A DNA stretch of 64,000 bases, from NCBI GenBank assembly GCA_963796285.1, contig CAWCKW010000003.1:256001-320000 (forward strand), read 5' to 3'. This document shows, piece after piece, positions 10,555 to 22,180 of this stretch. Source of the stretch: Nitrospirota bacterium. Its GTDB lineage: Bacteria; Nitrospirota; UBA9217. The translations under genes and the position numbers were made by a program. The number at the start of each line of letters is the position of its first letter. The first letter of the stretch is position 1. The notes below the pieces were generated by a model that saw only the letters and a list, made by a program, of their open reading frames with translations, had not been told where the DNA came from and did not search any database.

Positions 10555-11456
10555 CAGTTCGCAAAAGTAATAATGATACAGTGATCTCTCTCTTTGCAGG
10601 GGAACCCCGGAAAGATGTTTTGTGATGGCGGTAAAAAACTGATGAAAACAGCTGGAAACACTAAATACTATACCGCGGCTGCGATCGCTTTTTTGGCATT
10701 TGCGGTCTACCTGCCCGCTTTGCAGAATGGTTTTTTGAACTGGGACGACAATGTCTACGTTGTCGAAAACCCCTTCATCCGTTCCTTCAATGCAAACCTG
10801 TTGAGAGAAGCTTTTTTCCAGTTTACCGCAAGCAACTGGCACCCTCTTACCTGGATCTCCCATGCCCTGGATTATGCTGTCTGGGGCCTGAACCCATGGG
10901 GCCATCACTTGACCAATATCATTCTCCACGGCATGAACACCTTCGTGGTGGTCCTGCTCATCATGATGTTGCTTGAGGCGGCGAGGGAACGAACGGCAGG
11001 CCAGGGGGGCACGGGTTTTCTCAATGACCGGACGATTCTCCTGGTCGGCGGCGGAACAGGGCTTTTATTCGGACTGCATCCCCTGCATGTCGAGTCGGTC
11101 GCCTGGGTGGCGGAGCGAAAAGATCTGCTCTGCGCCCTGTTTTTTCTGCTCAGCGTGATGATGTACGTGAAATACGGGGTTGCCGGGCGGAATGAGCGGG
11201 GCCAGCGCAATGGTTTCTTCCGGTTCAGCGATAAACACTATTGGTCGGCGCTCGGTTTTTTTATCCTCGCTCTGCTGAGCAAGCCGATGGCAGTATCGCT
11301 CCCGCTTGTTCTTCTGATACTGGACTGGCATCCCTTGAGCAGGATCAGTTCTTTCCGTTCGTTCCGGCTTGCGTTCGTCGAGAAATTTCCTTTTGCCGCG
11401 CTGAGCATTATTTCTTCGCTGCTTACTGTTCTGGCGCAGAAATCAGGAGGGGCGCT
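8494..11456 (+). repeat. 782-bp near-identical direct repeat (8494-9275 and 10675-11456)
   Basis: Read-by-eye alignment at offset 2181 shows roughly 9 substitutions, then abrupt divergence after ...TCAGGAGGGGCGCT. Confidence 0.92.
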
Positions 11457-12528
11457 TGTCGCCTTTGAATCCGAGCCCTTGCTGAAACGCGTGATCGTGG
11501 CTTCCCATTCGGTCATCGCTTATCTTGTGAAATTGATTTTGCCGGTCGGTCTTAAGCCTTTTTATTCCTATCCCCGAAACGCATCAATCATGACATTCGA
11601 GTACGTTGCGGCGATTTTTCTTGTCGCAGGGATAACCGTAATAGCCATCATAACCGCGCGAAAACACAAGGAGCTGATGTCGATCTGGTGCTATTACGTG
11701 GTCACGCTCATACCCGTACTCGGGATCGTCCAGGTAGGCGGCCAGGCCATGGCGGACCGCTATGTTTATTTGCCCGGTATCGGCCTCTTTTTCGCTGCAA
11801 GCATGTTGTTTGCGTGGGGCTCGGAAAGAATCAACAGGTCTGTTCCGTGGTCCCGGGTATACAGGCCTGTCTCCGTGGTCGTTATCAGCGCCCTGCTTGT
11901 TACGTTGTCCTGGCTCACTGTCCGACAAATCGGTATTTGGAATAACAGCATCGTTTTCTGGAATCATGTTATCGCTCAAGATGCGTCGCAGTTTCCCCTG
12001 GCCTATAATAATCGAGGCATTGCCTACGAGGATCAAGGCCGTTTTAATGATGCCCTTGCTGATTTCAACAAGGCACTGGCCGCGAATCCCTATTATGTGG
12101 ATGCATACTACAACCGTGGCAAAACATTGGATGCTATGGGGGAACGTGACGCCGCGATTGCCGACTTCAATAAAGTTCTTGATCTGAATCCGGGAAACTA
12201 TTTTGCCTGCAACAATCTCGGAGTGCTTTACGGCAAGGCCGGTTCTTTCAGGATAGCAATGGAATATTTCAGCAGGGCAGTCACCATCAATCCTCAGTAT
12301 GCCGACTCCTATTTCAACCGCGGGCTCACCTCCCTTTTTGCCGGACGCGATGAGGAAGCTCTGGAGGATTTTAACCGGACGATAGCCTTGAAGAGCGATT
12401 TTTCACCGGCTTATTCTAAGAGGGCGGACCTTTACTTTAAAACAGGCAGGCGGGAACTGGCCCTGAATGACTTGCGCAAAGCCTGTGATTTGGGCAGCAG
12501 GGACGCCTGCGTCGCGCTGCAGCCGTAA
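10642..12528 (+). CDS. TMTC-like GT-C glycosyltransferase with TPRs (copy 2)
   Basis: Same motifs as copy 1. The first ~260 aa are nearly identical to copy 1; about 5 TPRs. Confidence 0.85.
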   Translation: MKTAGNTKYYTAAAIAFLAFAVYLPALQNGFLNWDDNVYVVENPFIRSFNANLLREAFFQFTASNWHPLTWISHALDYAVWGLNPWGHHLTNIILHGMNTFVVVLLIMMLLEAARERTAGQGGTGFLNDRTILLVGGGTGLLFGLHPLHVESVAWVAERKDLLCALFFLLSVMMYVKYGVAGRNERGQRNGFFRFSDKHYWSALGFFILALLSKPMAVSLPLVLLILDWHPLSRISSFRSFRLAFVEKFPFAALSIISSLLTVLAQKSGGALVAFESEPLLKRVIVASHSVIAYLVKLILPVGLKPFYSYPRNASIMTFEYVAAIFLVAGITVIAIITARKHKELMSIWCYYVVTLIPVLGIVQVGGQAMADRYVYLPGIGLFFAASMLFAWGSERINRSVPWSRVYRPVSVVVISALLVTLSWLTVRQIGIWNNSIVFWNHVIAQDASQFPLAYNNRGIAYEDQGRFNDALADFNKALAANPYYVDAYYNRGKTLDAMGERDAAIADFNKVLDLNPGNYFACNNLGVLYGKAGSFRIAMEYFSRAVTINPQYADSYFNRGLTSLFAGRDEEALEDFNRTIALKSDFSPAYSKRADLYFKTGRRELALNDLRKACDLGSRDACVALQP

Positions 12529-12640
12529 TTCCTGGCGACGCGTACCATGGCAAATAGGGCTTCCCGGCAGGTTCCGCAGCGACCGCAGCCAAAAAGCGGG
12601 CATTCTTCATATAAAACAGCAGAGAGTTACTCTGCACTAG

Positions 12641-14686
12641 GTGCAATTTATGATGGTCAGTCGGTTTCTTAAAAATAACATTGTCCTCCTCTGTGCCGCC
12701 GCCGCTGCACTGATTACCATCGCCGTTTTTCTTCCCGCTGTCAGGAACGGCTACCTCATGACCTGGGATGACGATGTGTATGTGAGGAGCAACGAACATA
12801 TCCGGTCCCTCGATCTCGGTCTTGTGAAGTGGGCTTTTACCACTTTTTACGGCGCAAACTACTGGCATCCGCTCACCTGGCTTTCTCATGCCGTAGATTA
12901 TGCGTTATGGGGGGCTGAACCTGGAGGCCATCATCTTACGAACATCATCCTGCACGGTTTGAATGTCGCTTTGGTCATCATGCTTCTCTACAGTCTGCTG
13001 AGCGCCGGCTACGGGATTCCAGGCAATTCCCCGAAGTTGAGATATTTCTCCCGCAATGCAGCGGCTCTCATAACCGCGGTCCTCTCCGGCTTGCTTTTTG
13101 GCTTGCATCCCCTTCGTGCAGAATCTGTGGCCTGGATAGCGGAGAGAAAGGATGTTCTTTGCGCGTTATTCAGTCTTCTGAGCATCTGGTCGTACGTGGC
13201 ATATGCCAGGAGAGCAGCGGAAGATCCGCAACCCGGTGCGTCATCCGGGGTTCCGGCAGGAACGTATGTATCGAGCGTTGTCTTTCTTGCGTTCGCTCTC
13301 ATGAGCAAACCCATGGCGGTGACCGTTCCGGCTGTCTTCCTCATCCTGGACTGGGCCGTCTTCAGAAGACGCATGACTTTGCGCAGCGTCATTTACGAGA
13401 AGATCCCTTTTTATCTCCTCAGCCTGGGTGCGGTGTCGGTTTCGATCTACGCCAAGCATACTCTCAACGACATCGTATCGTTCGACACGATTCCTCTGTC
13501 ATCGCGGCTTCTGAACGGATTTCACGCAATCATTTTTTACATAAGCAAGACCCTGTGGCCTGAGAACCTTCTTCCGTTCTATCCCTATCCCGGACCTGCA
13601 GCGCTCCGCTCCGTTCACTATCTTGTGCCGGTTATGCTGGTTGCCATCGTTACGGCCGCGTGCATTGCCGTGGCCAAGAAGCATCGGCTGTGGCTCGGCG
13701 TCTGGAGCTACTATGTTCTCTCTCTTCTGCCTGTTCTGCCATTCATGATTGTTGGCGAGGCGCCGGTCGCAGACCGTTTCTCCTATCTGCCGAGCCTCGG
13801 GCCTCTGTTCCTTGTCGGCTTCGCGGGAACGGCTGCGCTTGACAGGGTCTTTTCCGCGAAGCGATGGATCATAGGGCTCCGGAGTCTTTCCCTCTTAGTT
13901 CTTGCCGGTGTTTTTATCCTGTTGTCCTATTTAACGGTAAGGCAGATCAATTATCAGAAAAACGACCTGGTGATGTGGGACCATGAAATCGCGGCGCTGC
14001 CAAACATGGATCGGAGCCAGTATCTCAATTATTACCTGGCGTACAGTAAGCGCGGTCTTGCTCTTGCGGAGAGCGGAAGGCTCGAAGAGGCTGTCATGGA
14101 TTATGAACAAGTGCTTCGGGACCGGCCTGATTTCGCGCCCTTGCGCGTCTATACGGGAATTTTATATTATCGGCTGGGTCGGTACAACGAGGCGATTCAA
14201 GAATTTCAAACAGCGGTGACGTTGGATCCCGCTGATGGAGAAGCCCACCGGGATCTCGGCATCATGTACTATAACCAGGGTCGAAACATGGCTGCACTGC
14301 AGGAGTTCTCCACAGCCATACAATTGCAGCCAGATTCAATTGAAGGGCATTTCGGACTCGGAAATGTTCTCTACCTGGAGGGGGACTTCGGCGCCGCCAT
14401 AGAACATTATCAAAAAGTCCTCGACCTTGCCCCTGACTTCATCAAGGCAAGAAATAATCTGGGATCAGCGTATTTACGGACCGGCCGGAGAGACGAAGCC
14501 ATCAGCGAATTTCGTTCCGCAGCGAACATCGCGCCCGGCTCCGTTCTTATCCACAAGAATCTTGCGGCGGCCTATCGGTCCGCCGGACTGAAAGAAAAAG
14601 CGTCGCAGGAATATGAAATCATTCGACGCATGGAGCCGGGCTTTACGCCGGATCGCCATGCAGCCTTTGCTGTAATCATGAATTGA
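12641..14686 (+). CDS. TMTC-like GT-C glycosyltransferase with TPRs (copy 3)
   Basis: TWDDDVY, YWHPLTWLSH, HPLRAESVAWIAERKD, SKPMAV, ADRFSYLP motifs; TPR tail. Confidence 0.85.
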   Translation: MQFMMVSRFLKNNIVLLCAAAAALITIAVFLPAVRNGYLMTWDDDVYVRSNEHIRSLDLGLVKWAFTTFYGANYWHPLTWLSHAVDYALWGAEPGGHHLTNIILHGLNVALVIMLLYSLLSAGYGIPGNSPKLRYFSRNAAALITAVLSGLLFGLHPLRAESVAWIAERKDVLCALFSLLSIWSYVAYARRAAEDPQPGASSGVPAGTYVSSVVFLAFALMSKPMAVTVPAVFLILDWAVFRRRMTLRSVIYEKIPFYLLSLGAVSVSIYAKHTLNDIVSFDTIPLSSRLLNGFHAIIFYISKTLWPENLLPFYPYPGPAALRSVHYLVPVMLVAIVTAACIAVAKKHRLWLGVWSYYVLSLLPVLPFMIVGEAPVADRFSYLPSLGPLFLVGFAGTAALDRVFSAKRWIIGLRSLSLLVLAGVFILLSYLTVRQINYQKNDLVMWDHEIAALPNMDRSQYLNYYLAYSKRGLALAESGRLEEAVMDYEQVLRDRPDFAPLRVYTGILYYRLGRYNEAIQEFQTAVTLDPADGEAHRDLGIMYYNQGRNMAALQEFSTAIQLQPDSIEGHFGLGNVLYLEGDFGAAIEHYQKVLDLAPDFIKARNNLGSAYLRTGRRDEAISEFRSAANIAPGSVLIHKNLAAAYRSAGLKEKASQEYEIIRRMEPGFTPDRHAAFAVIMN

Positions 14687-14738
14687 TGGGTTGTTTATCT
14701 ATATCCAGACCAGACTTGGAGAGGTCTGAGGTACTCCT

Positions 14739-16743
14739 ATGAAAACAAAACAAAATGCCAAATATCCTCTTGCGGTGATGATCGCTCTTGTTACAATGGC
14801 GGTTTATCTACCGGCCCTGCGAAATGGATTTCTGAACTGGGACGATAATGTATATATCGTGAACAACCCCGCGATCCGGTCGGTAAATCTATTTTTATTT
14901 AAATGGGCTTTTTTCCACTTTTATGCGGGTAACTGGCACCCTCTAACCTGGATATCCCATGCCCTGGATTACGCCGTCTGGGGCCTCAATCCTCTCGGAC
15001 ATCACCTGACCAATATCGTCATTCATGGAATCAATACACTGCTGGTTTTCCTGCTCTATTACCCGCCTGCTTGAGGCAGCGAAGGTGCGCGCGGTCGAAC
15101 CGGGGCTTCCGATATTCTTAGATGAACGGACAATCCTCATCGCAGGAGGAGTCACGAGTTTCCTGTTCGGTCTTCATCCCGTTCATGTAGAGTCGGTAGC
15201 CTGGGTGGCTGAGCGGAAGGATCTTCTCTGCGCACTGTTTTATCTGCTCAGCGTCATTTTTTATATCAAAGGGATTCCGGCCAAAGACGAGGACCGGCGG
15301 CGTGACAGTGTATTCAGAGGGTATATCAAATCAAACTACCTGTCGTCCCTTTGTTTCTTCGGCCTTGCTCTGCTGAGCAAGCCGATGGCGGTATCCCTTC
15401 CCGTGGTCCTGCTGCTTCTGGACTGGTATCCACTGAATAAAATACGGTCTTTGCGGTCACTCCGCAGTTCTCTTATTGAGAAGCTCCCCTTTGCAGCACT
15501 GAGCCTGATTTCTGCGCTGCTGACCATTTCTGCTCAGAAAACGGAAGGCGCGATCGTGTCGGCGGAAGCCATACCGCTTCTGACGCGGATCCCCGTAATT
15601 GCTCATTCGCTGCTTTCCTATCTCGGCAAAATGATTTATCCATTCAATTTACTGCCCTTCTATTCCTATCCAAAGAATATGACCTTGTTCTCTTTGCATT
15701 CTCTTTTTCTTCTGTCTTTGGTTGCAAGTATAACCATAGCCTGCGTGGTCATGATAAAAAGGCAGAAATTGTGGCTGTCCATCTGGATCTATTACGTTAC
15801 CACGCTGATCCCTGTAATAGGTATCGTACAAGCAGGGAGTCAGTCAATCGCTGACCGGTATACCTATTTACCCAGCCTGGGACCGTTTCTGCTCATGGGT
15901 TTACTCATTACCTGGGTTCTGAAAAAGGCGGATTCAGGATTACCATCGGCTTTGGTCGTGAAAAGAGCCGGCGCGGTTATGGCTATTCTCGCGGTTCTTA
16001 CATTGTCCTATTTGACCTTTAACCAGATAGCGATCTGGAAAAACAGCCTATCCCTGTGGAACTATGTAGTTGAACATGAGCCTTCGGAAGATCCCCTGGT
16101 CTACCTTCAGCGGGGGCTTGTTTTTGAGGAAAGTGGCCGCCTCGATGATGCGCTCAATGATTATGGCAGGGCAATAGCGTTGAAACCTTCCTTTTATCAG
16201 GCTTTCAACAACCGTGGTCTTGTTTACGACAAAATGGGGCTGCTCAATAATGCAATTATGGACTTGAATACGGCAATTTCCCTGAATCCCTCCTTTTACC
16301 AAGCATATAATAATCGAGGTCTCGTCTTTGAAAAAATGGGGGAGTACGAAAACGCGATCTCGGATTACAGCTTGGCGATTTCTCTAAACCCCTCCGATTA
16401 TCAAGCGTATGATAATGCCGGCGTGTTATACGCCAATTCCGGCCGTGTCGATGTGGCAATACAGTACCTTACCCGCGCCATCACCGTCAATGAAAACTAC
16501 GACAATGCATACGATAATCGGGGTTTGCTGTATTTCTCTTTAGGGCAAAATGAAAGATCACTTCAGGATTTCAATAAAGCAATCAAGCTGAACCCTTCTT
16601 TTAGGGATGCCTATCTGAATCGCGGAAAGCTTTACAGCAGAATCGGCAAGAAGTCACTCGCAATCCAGGATTTCCAAAAAGCATGCTCTCTCGGAAGTAC
16701 TGTGGCATGTGCTATCATTGGCCAGAACCACAGCCGTTCATAA
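14739..16743 (+). CDS. TMTC-like GT-C glycosyltransferase with TPRs (copy 4); +1 frameshift near 15057
   Basis: ORFs 14739-15074 and 15025-16743 join as LLVFLL-ITRLLEAAK if one base is removed from ctctatt. All family motifs present. Confidence 0.8.
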
Positions 16744-17246
16744 GCGCACCGGGGAAACTGCACGACAGGAGGATGGGACACACGTGTAATGATTAATCCC
16801 CGATCAAGTGATCAGGGGACAACCGTTGAAGCAGAAGTGAATCATTTACAATTGTCGGAAGTCATGCGAGACGGTTCATTCTACACTGCCGTCCCGTTCC
16901 TGAAATATTGCATCGAAGGGGAGGATAACCTGCCACGAGCAGGCTGATACGAAGTAGTTATAATCCGTTGGTGCTGCTTTATTACGAAATGATGTGCAGT
17001 AGTCACCTTTCACGTTTGCAAGTATTTCAAACTCTTTTAATGGCTAGCTGACATTACGAATGGTATCCTAGAATTATCCAACATTCCAAAAGATTCGCGA
17101 TATGCATTTATTGTAAACAGCGGAGTTTTTTTGACATGACCCATACTGTGAGTACTGTTGCAGGAAATGACCAGTTTATGTTATGGTTGCTTCAATCATC
17201 CTAAGAATATTATTCGCTTTCCATACTAAGGCAATTTAAAGCTCTT

Positions 17247-17918
17247 ATGGTCAACGGCGTACAGATAGATGTTACGTCATGGGGGTCATGGAGCACTGAT
17301 AAGGAGATTTATTATAAGACTATGGACCTTAATCTCACAGACCTATTTATGGTTGAACCAATGATATGGAGGGAGTGTGAATGGATGGATACAACATCCC
17401 GCCATTATTTGTCATCATGCTCTATTGTGCTATCATCATAATCACGACGATGAGCGTTATATATTTTGTCAAGAAAAAAGTTCCTTTTCCCCCAAGCCTT
17501 AAGAAAATCGATTATCATTGCCTTCTTTTGTACCGGATTCCTCTATTTAGTTCATTCGGAAAGTACATGGTACACGTGGTTCAGTGAAGATATTGAAACA
17601 TATTCCCTGTATTCCACAGAAGCGAAAACAAGGATATATCTGGGACCTCTTTACGATTTTGTCACAGTGGCAAATAAAGTGCTGAAAGACAACGAATACA
17701 CAATTTATTCTTCCGATGGCGGCTATAGTTTAATGCTCCAATACTATTTGCTCCCAAAGCGTAACAGAGTTAACGCAAAAAACATCATCGTTACATACGA
17801 TAATGATACCGCCTATGACGAACATACAAAAACGTTCATCAAAGGTGATCGACGTATTGAAAACGCAGAGCTGCTCTATCGCTATGATTCTGGTGCATAT
17901 ATTCTGAGGGTCAAATGA
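17247..17918 (+). pseudogene. Fragmented low-GC membrane-anchored hypothetical protein (at least two frameshifts)
   Basis: ORFs 17247-17441, 17381-17587 and 17466-17918 overlap in succession. Removing one C in ttttccccca (~17490) joins VPF-PQALRKSIII. Stop overlaps the next start (ATGA). Confidence 0.45.
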
Positions 17919-19309
17919 TTCTAACGATCGTTGCTTTAGTCATACCGGCCATCCTGGGTTTTCTCATCGTATCCATTCTGCTCCGCAATGAGACCACAAG
18001 CGGGATGACCGAACGTCTCTGCCTGGCCTACCCGCTTGGTATGGGATTATTGACCATGCAAATGTTTCTCCTGGCCCTCGTCCGCGTTCCTTTAACGCTT
18101 TGGTTTGTTACATCGCCTATTTTGATAGAAATTATCGTGATCTTTTGGTGGATGCGAAGAAGTAAGATAGTTCTCGCCAAGAAACCTTCATTCGAGCTTT
18201 TCAGCGAGATTTTCGGCGCAGATAGCCACTGGCTCAAAAAAATCTCACTGGCTATCTTAACTACTTTCATCGTTATTAAAATTGGATCGATCTTTGTGGA
18301 AACGTATTTAAGGCCTATTTTTGCCTGGGACTCATTAGCAAACTGGTCGGCCAGCGCCAAAGCATTCTATTATTCTCACGGTCTGCTCTTAGATACTTCG
18401 CCGGACGATTTTTTCGGCAAGGGATTGCTGAACAGGAATGCAAATTATCCTCCTCACAACCCGCTTATGCAGGTTTGGATGAGTCTTTGGATTGGACATT
18501 TTGATGAAGTATTTGTGAAATTCTGGAGTCCCGTTTATCTGCTCGCCATGTCTGTTTATTTGTATGTGGTCATGGCACGTGAGACCTCACGCCTGATCGC
18601 ACTTTCAATGCTTGTACTCTTCTTGAGCTCCCCGCTTCTGTCAATCCATTCGATTGAGGCGTACAGTGATGTCCCGCTCAGTGTTTATATCCTCTTCTCT
18701 TTAATAATGTTTCTCTACGCCATGAGAGGGAATTATGGCTATTGGACACTGATGGGACTCTTCTCGGCAGAAGCGCTATTCACAAAAGATGAAGCGCCTT
18801 TCTTTGTTCTTCCTCTTCTTCTGGCTGCCGCTGCATTCTTTTGGAAGAACAGAAGTCAGGGGACTGTTCTTCGAAAATCAGCAGTTCCCTTGTTTGCAAG
18901 TCTACTTTTAGCAGTACCCTGGTTTATTTTTAAATTCTCTCATAAACTCGGGTTTGGCGCAGATTATGTTACGGTAGAATATACTTTTCGGCCTGAGATG
19001 GTGTTGAAAGTCATTTCGCTTCTTGCTTCTTTTCAGAATTTTAATGTTTTTTTCGTCTTTATTCCCTTTCTTACAATCTTAGCCGGGCGACCTACGAAAG
19101 AATTCATTTTCTTGGCTACTCCCGTTCTGAGTTATGCAATGTTTTTTATTCTGGTTTATACGCTGACCGTATTTTTTTCTGGAAGCTTAATGTTCAATAC
19201 GGCGATTTTCCGGAATGTGCTGACCTATTATCCAAGCATTTGTTTATTAACTGCTTTGCTGATTAAGACCATCATGTTGAGATGGGATTCACCCACCGCT
19301 TCTCTTTAA
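17915..19309 (+). CDS. Polytopic GT-C-fold (PMT/ArnT-like) membrane glycosyltransferase
   Basis: About 12 hydrophobic segments; WDSLANW..AKAFY, NYPP, AYSDVPL and TKDEA motifs typical of GT39-like hypothetical proteins. Confidence 0.6.
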   Translation: MILTIVALVIPAILGFLIVSILLRNETTSGMTERLCLAYPLGMGLLTMQMFLLALVRVPLTLWFVTSPILIEIIVIFWWMRRSKIVLAKKPSFELFSEIFGADSHWLKKISLAILTTFIVIKIGSIFVETYLRPIFAWDSLANWSASAKAFYYSHGLLLDTSPDDFFGKGLLNRNANYPPHNPLMQVWMSLWIGHFDEVFVKFWSPVYLLAMSVYLYVVMARETSRLIALSMLVLFLSSPLLSIHSIEAYSDVPLSVYILFSLIMFLYAMRGNYGYWTLMGLFSAEALFTKDEAPFFVLPLLLAAAAFFWKNRSQGTVLRKSAVPLFASLLLAVPWFIFKFSHKLGFGADYVTVEYTFRPEMVLKVISLLASFQNFNVFFVFIPFLTILAGRPTKEFIFLATPVLSYAMFFILVYTLTVFFSGSLMFNTAIFRNVLTYYPSICLLTALLIKTIMLRWDSPTASL

Positions 19310-19348
19310 CTCATTCTGAGAGCGACACAGGCAGACTGTTCACTACAA

Positions 19349-20955
19349 ATGATGACGCTTGTAAGAAATAGACATACGGTTCTCATTGTTGCTCTGTTGA
19401 CGTCCGTCGTCCTGTTAACCTACGGCAACAGTGTCTTGAACGGTTTTGTCTGGGATGATCATGATATTATCGTCAACAATGAAGTAAACAGAGATATTAC
19501 CAATGCATCGAGTTTGTTTTCGAGCGCGGATTCGACGGTTTCAGGCAACCAGAAGGCCTACTACCGACCTCTCAACAGGTTGACATATCTTCTGGAATAT
19601 CAGATCTTTGGTTTGAACCCTTCCGGATATCACCTGCTAAGCGTTCTCATCCACCTTCTGGCGGTTCTTCTTCTCTATTTCGTGGCGCGGTTCCTTTTCA
19701 ATGACCCGGTTCCGGCATTCATTGCGGCATTGGTCTTTGCCGTTCATCCTGTCAATGCCGAGGCCGTCAACTTTATATCCGCCCGCAATAGCGTGTTGTG
19801 CGCGGCTTTTGTCCTCTCTGCAGTTCTTGCCTTCTTTTTCGCCGCACCACCCGTACAAAGCCGCTTTACTATCTGTCAGGGTTGCTTTTTTTTGCCGGGC
19901 TCCTCTGCAAGGAGCAGGCGATGATGCTTCCGCTGGTCCTTCTGGTTTATACGCTGACTCAGGACCGTCCCTCACGTCCAGGGAACCGCCAACTCGCGTT
20001 TTCGTTGATGCCGTTCGGTGTCGCTGCAACAGTATATCTTGCACTGCGGATGCATGCCCTGTCGGCCATGGTCGGGATCAGCCAGCCTCTGAGAGGGCTT
20101 GGCGAACGGCTGCTGCAAAACATCTACATTATTCCCAAATATGCTGCGATTATTCTTTACCCTGTTCATCTAAACGCCCTCTATGCAATCCCCTCGGACT
20201 ATCTTGCGAATCCACTGTGGCTCGTCCTTGCCTGGACCGCAATCATCGCGGCGTTCCTGCTGATTGATAAAAAATCTCGAGCCACCCGATTCGGGCTCAT
20301 CTGGGTTGCCGTTAACTTTATTCCAATCAGCAACATTATTCCAATCCCCAGTGCGCCGATGGCGGAGCGATACGTATATCTTCCGGCAATCGGATTGTGG
20401 ATCGTCGCAGCCGACCAGGTCTATAACGCGTATAAGCGTTTCACCTTCAAAAAGACGCTCGTGGCCGTCGGTACTTCACTGGCGCTCTGTTGCGCACTAC
20501 TGACGATCAATCGCAATTTTGACTGGAAGGATGACCTTCGCTTTTTTACGCGGATGACCGAAGCAAACCCCAATTCCGCCCTTGCGCACTTCAGCCTCGG
20601 CCTTGCCAGCCACGAACGGAATGATGTCCTGCACGCTCGGGAGGAATGGGAAAAGGCTGCGGCAATCGACCCACGACGGTTTCTCGTTTTTGGCCATCTT
20701 GGGGAAAGTTTCTTGATGTCAGGAGATATTGACCGCGCCGAATACTATTACCAGCGAGAAATAGAGACAAATCCGGATGATGCGGCCGCTCTCTATAATT
20801 TAGCGGTGATCAAGGATAAAATGAACAAGCCGGGGGAGGCGCAGCGGCTTTATGAACTCTTTCTCACGATCCAGCCGAACGCGGATGAGAATATTCGCGC
20901 CAAAGTTGCCGCAAAGATAACGCTTCTCAAAAAAAGAGTCGGGAACGGTAAATGA
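19349..20955 (+). CDS. TMTC-like GT-C glycosyltransferase with short TPR tail (copy 5, divergent subfamily); frameshift near 19838
   Basis: FVWDD, YYRPL, HPVNAEAVNFISAR, KEQA, MAERYVYLP motifs. Adding one T to the T-run (cttctttttcgcc) joins the two ORFs. Confidence 0.78.
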
Positions 20956-20968
20956 GAAATAAAGAACG

Positions 20969-22180
20969 CTAGGGGAAATTCTTCAGGTCAATCTGCGGTT
21001 CGACCGGGAAGCCGCTTTTTGGGTCACGATCAGCCATCCCTATCGCAAGGGTATATGTTTTTGATTGGCCCGGCTGTAATATTTGGGGTCCCCACTGAAG
21101 TCCTATGAATCTGGTATTGCTGGAAAGGGGTACTTTATTTTCGTTCATTTGCGGGAAATCATAGGGGCCGTTGGAAAAAAATACGAACGGATCTACATCG
21201 CTATACCATCTGATAAAATTGGCGGTGAAAGTAAAGTCATGATTCTCACCGATCGCATCATTGCCGAAGTCGAATAGTCCGGCTGAATGAAATTTTTTTG
21301 TATTGAGCCGGCCCTTATATTTATATATATAATTTGATACACCGTCCGACGCCCAGCCGACATTGCCGCCCGATGTCCCGTAGTTTCCCAACCATGGTTC
21401 ATCTCCATAGTCATAGTAATATGTCGCAGGCCGATCTCCGGTATTATCTATCCTAATCGAAAGAATGAAATAAGGCTCTCCGGCCTTGAAATACGCGTTT
21501 CTTTTAATGCTCAAAGGCACTTCATCGATGATAACTTCATGGCTGCTCTCTAAAATCAAGTCCTCGGCATTGTAATGGAGCACCCTGCTTCCGAGGAATT
21601 TCCATGAGGAAGGGAGTATTGCCTTAAGGTGGGAATCCGAGATCGCTTCATTGGCGTTGCACCAGATATGATACCACCTGGCACCGTCATAATATGCCAT
21701 CCCCGTTTCATTCATCTTTACCACCTTGTTTTCACGTACCTCTGCAGGCAGCCCTCCTCCCACGAAAAGACCGGAGACTTCCGCGCCACCGTCGTCAACA
21801 AACCTGCTGAAGCAAGTAAGTAACTGCTTTCCGCCGGGCAGGTGATTTCTTATGAAGCCATCGCCTTTTTTATCATTCCATTCATAATAGAGACAGGGCT
21901 TGTCAGCCGCACAAGCATTGGCCGGACCACTGAGGGGATGTTTCCACTCTTCCAGATCAATGCCCCAGATATAGCGCGGCTCTTGACCAAGATAAAGGTC
22001 GTCCTGCACCTCTAAAAGGGCGCCGTGCTCGGCCTTGAGCAGGAAAATGCCTTCATAATTCCCGGTAATGTTGAACCGTACTATCGTTATGACCGTAATT
22101 ACCAGAATTGCGATGAATCCGATAAAAAGTGTAAGTATTTTGGTCAACTTGGATGTGCGGCTATTGAATATGCGTAACAT
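20969..22180 (-). CDS. Hypothetical protein, N-terminal membrane anchor plus large beta-rich periplasmic domain
   Basis: 403-aa ORF with a single N-terminal TM and an aromatic/Gly-rich soluble part (YGDEPWLGNYG). No function recognised. Confidence 0.7.
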   Translation of the reverse strand: MLRIFNSRTSKLTKILTLFIGFIAILVITVITIVRFNITGNYEGIFLLKAEHGALLEVQDDLYLGQEPRYIWGIDLEEWKHPLSGPANACAADKPCLYYEWNDKKGDGFIRNHLPGGKQLLTCFSRFVDDGGAEVSGLFVGGGLPAEVRENKVVKMNETGMAYYDGARWYHIWCNANEAISDSHLKAILPSSWKFLGSRVLHYNAEDLILESSHEVIIDEVPLSIKRNAYFKAGEPYFILSIRIDNTGDRPATYYYDYGDEPWLGNYGTSGGNVGWASDGVSNYIYKYKGRLNTKKFHSAGLFDFGNDAIGENHDFTFTANFIRWYSDVDPFVFFSNGPYDFPQMNENKVPLSSNTRFIGLQWGPQILQPGQSKTYTLAIGMADRDPKSGFPVEPQIDLKNFP

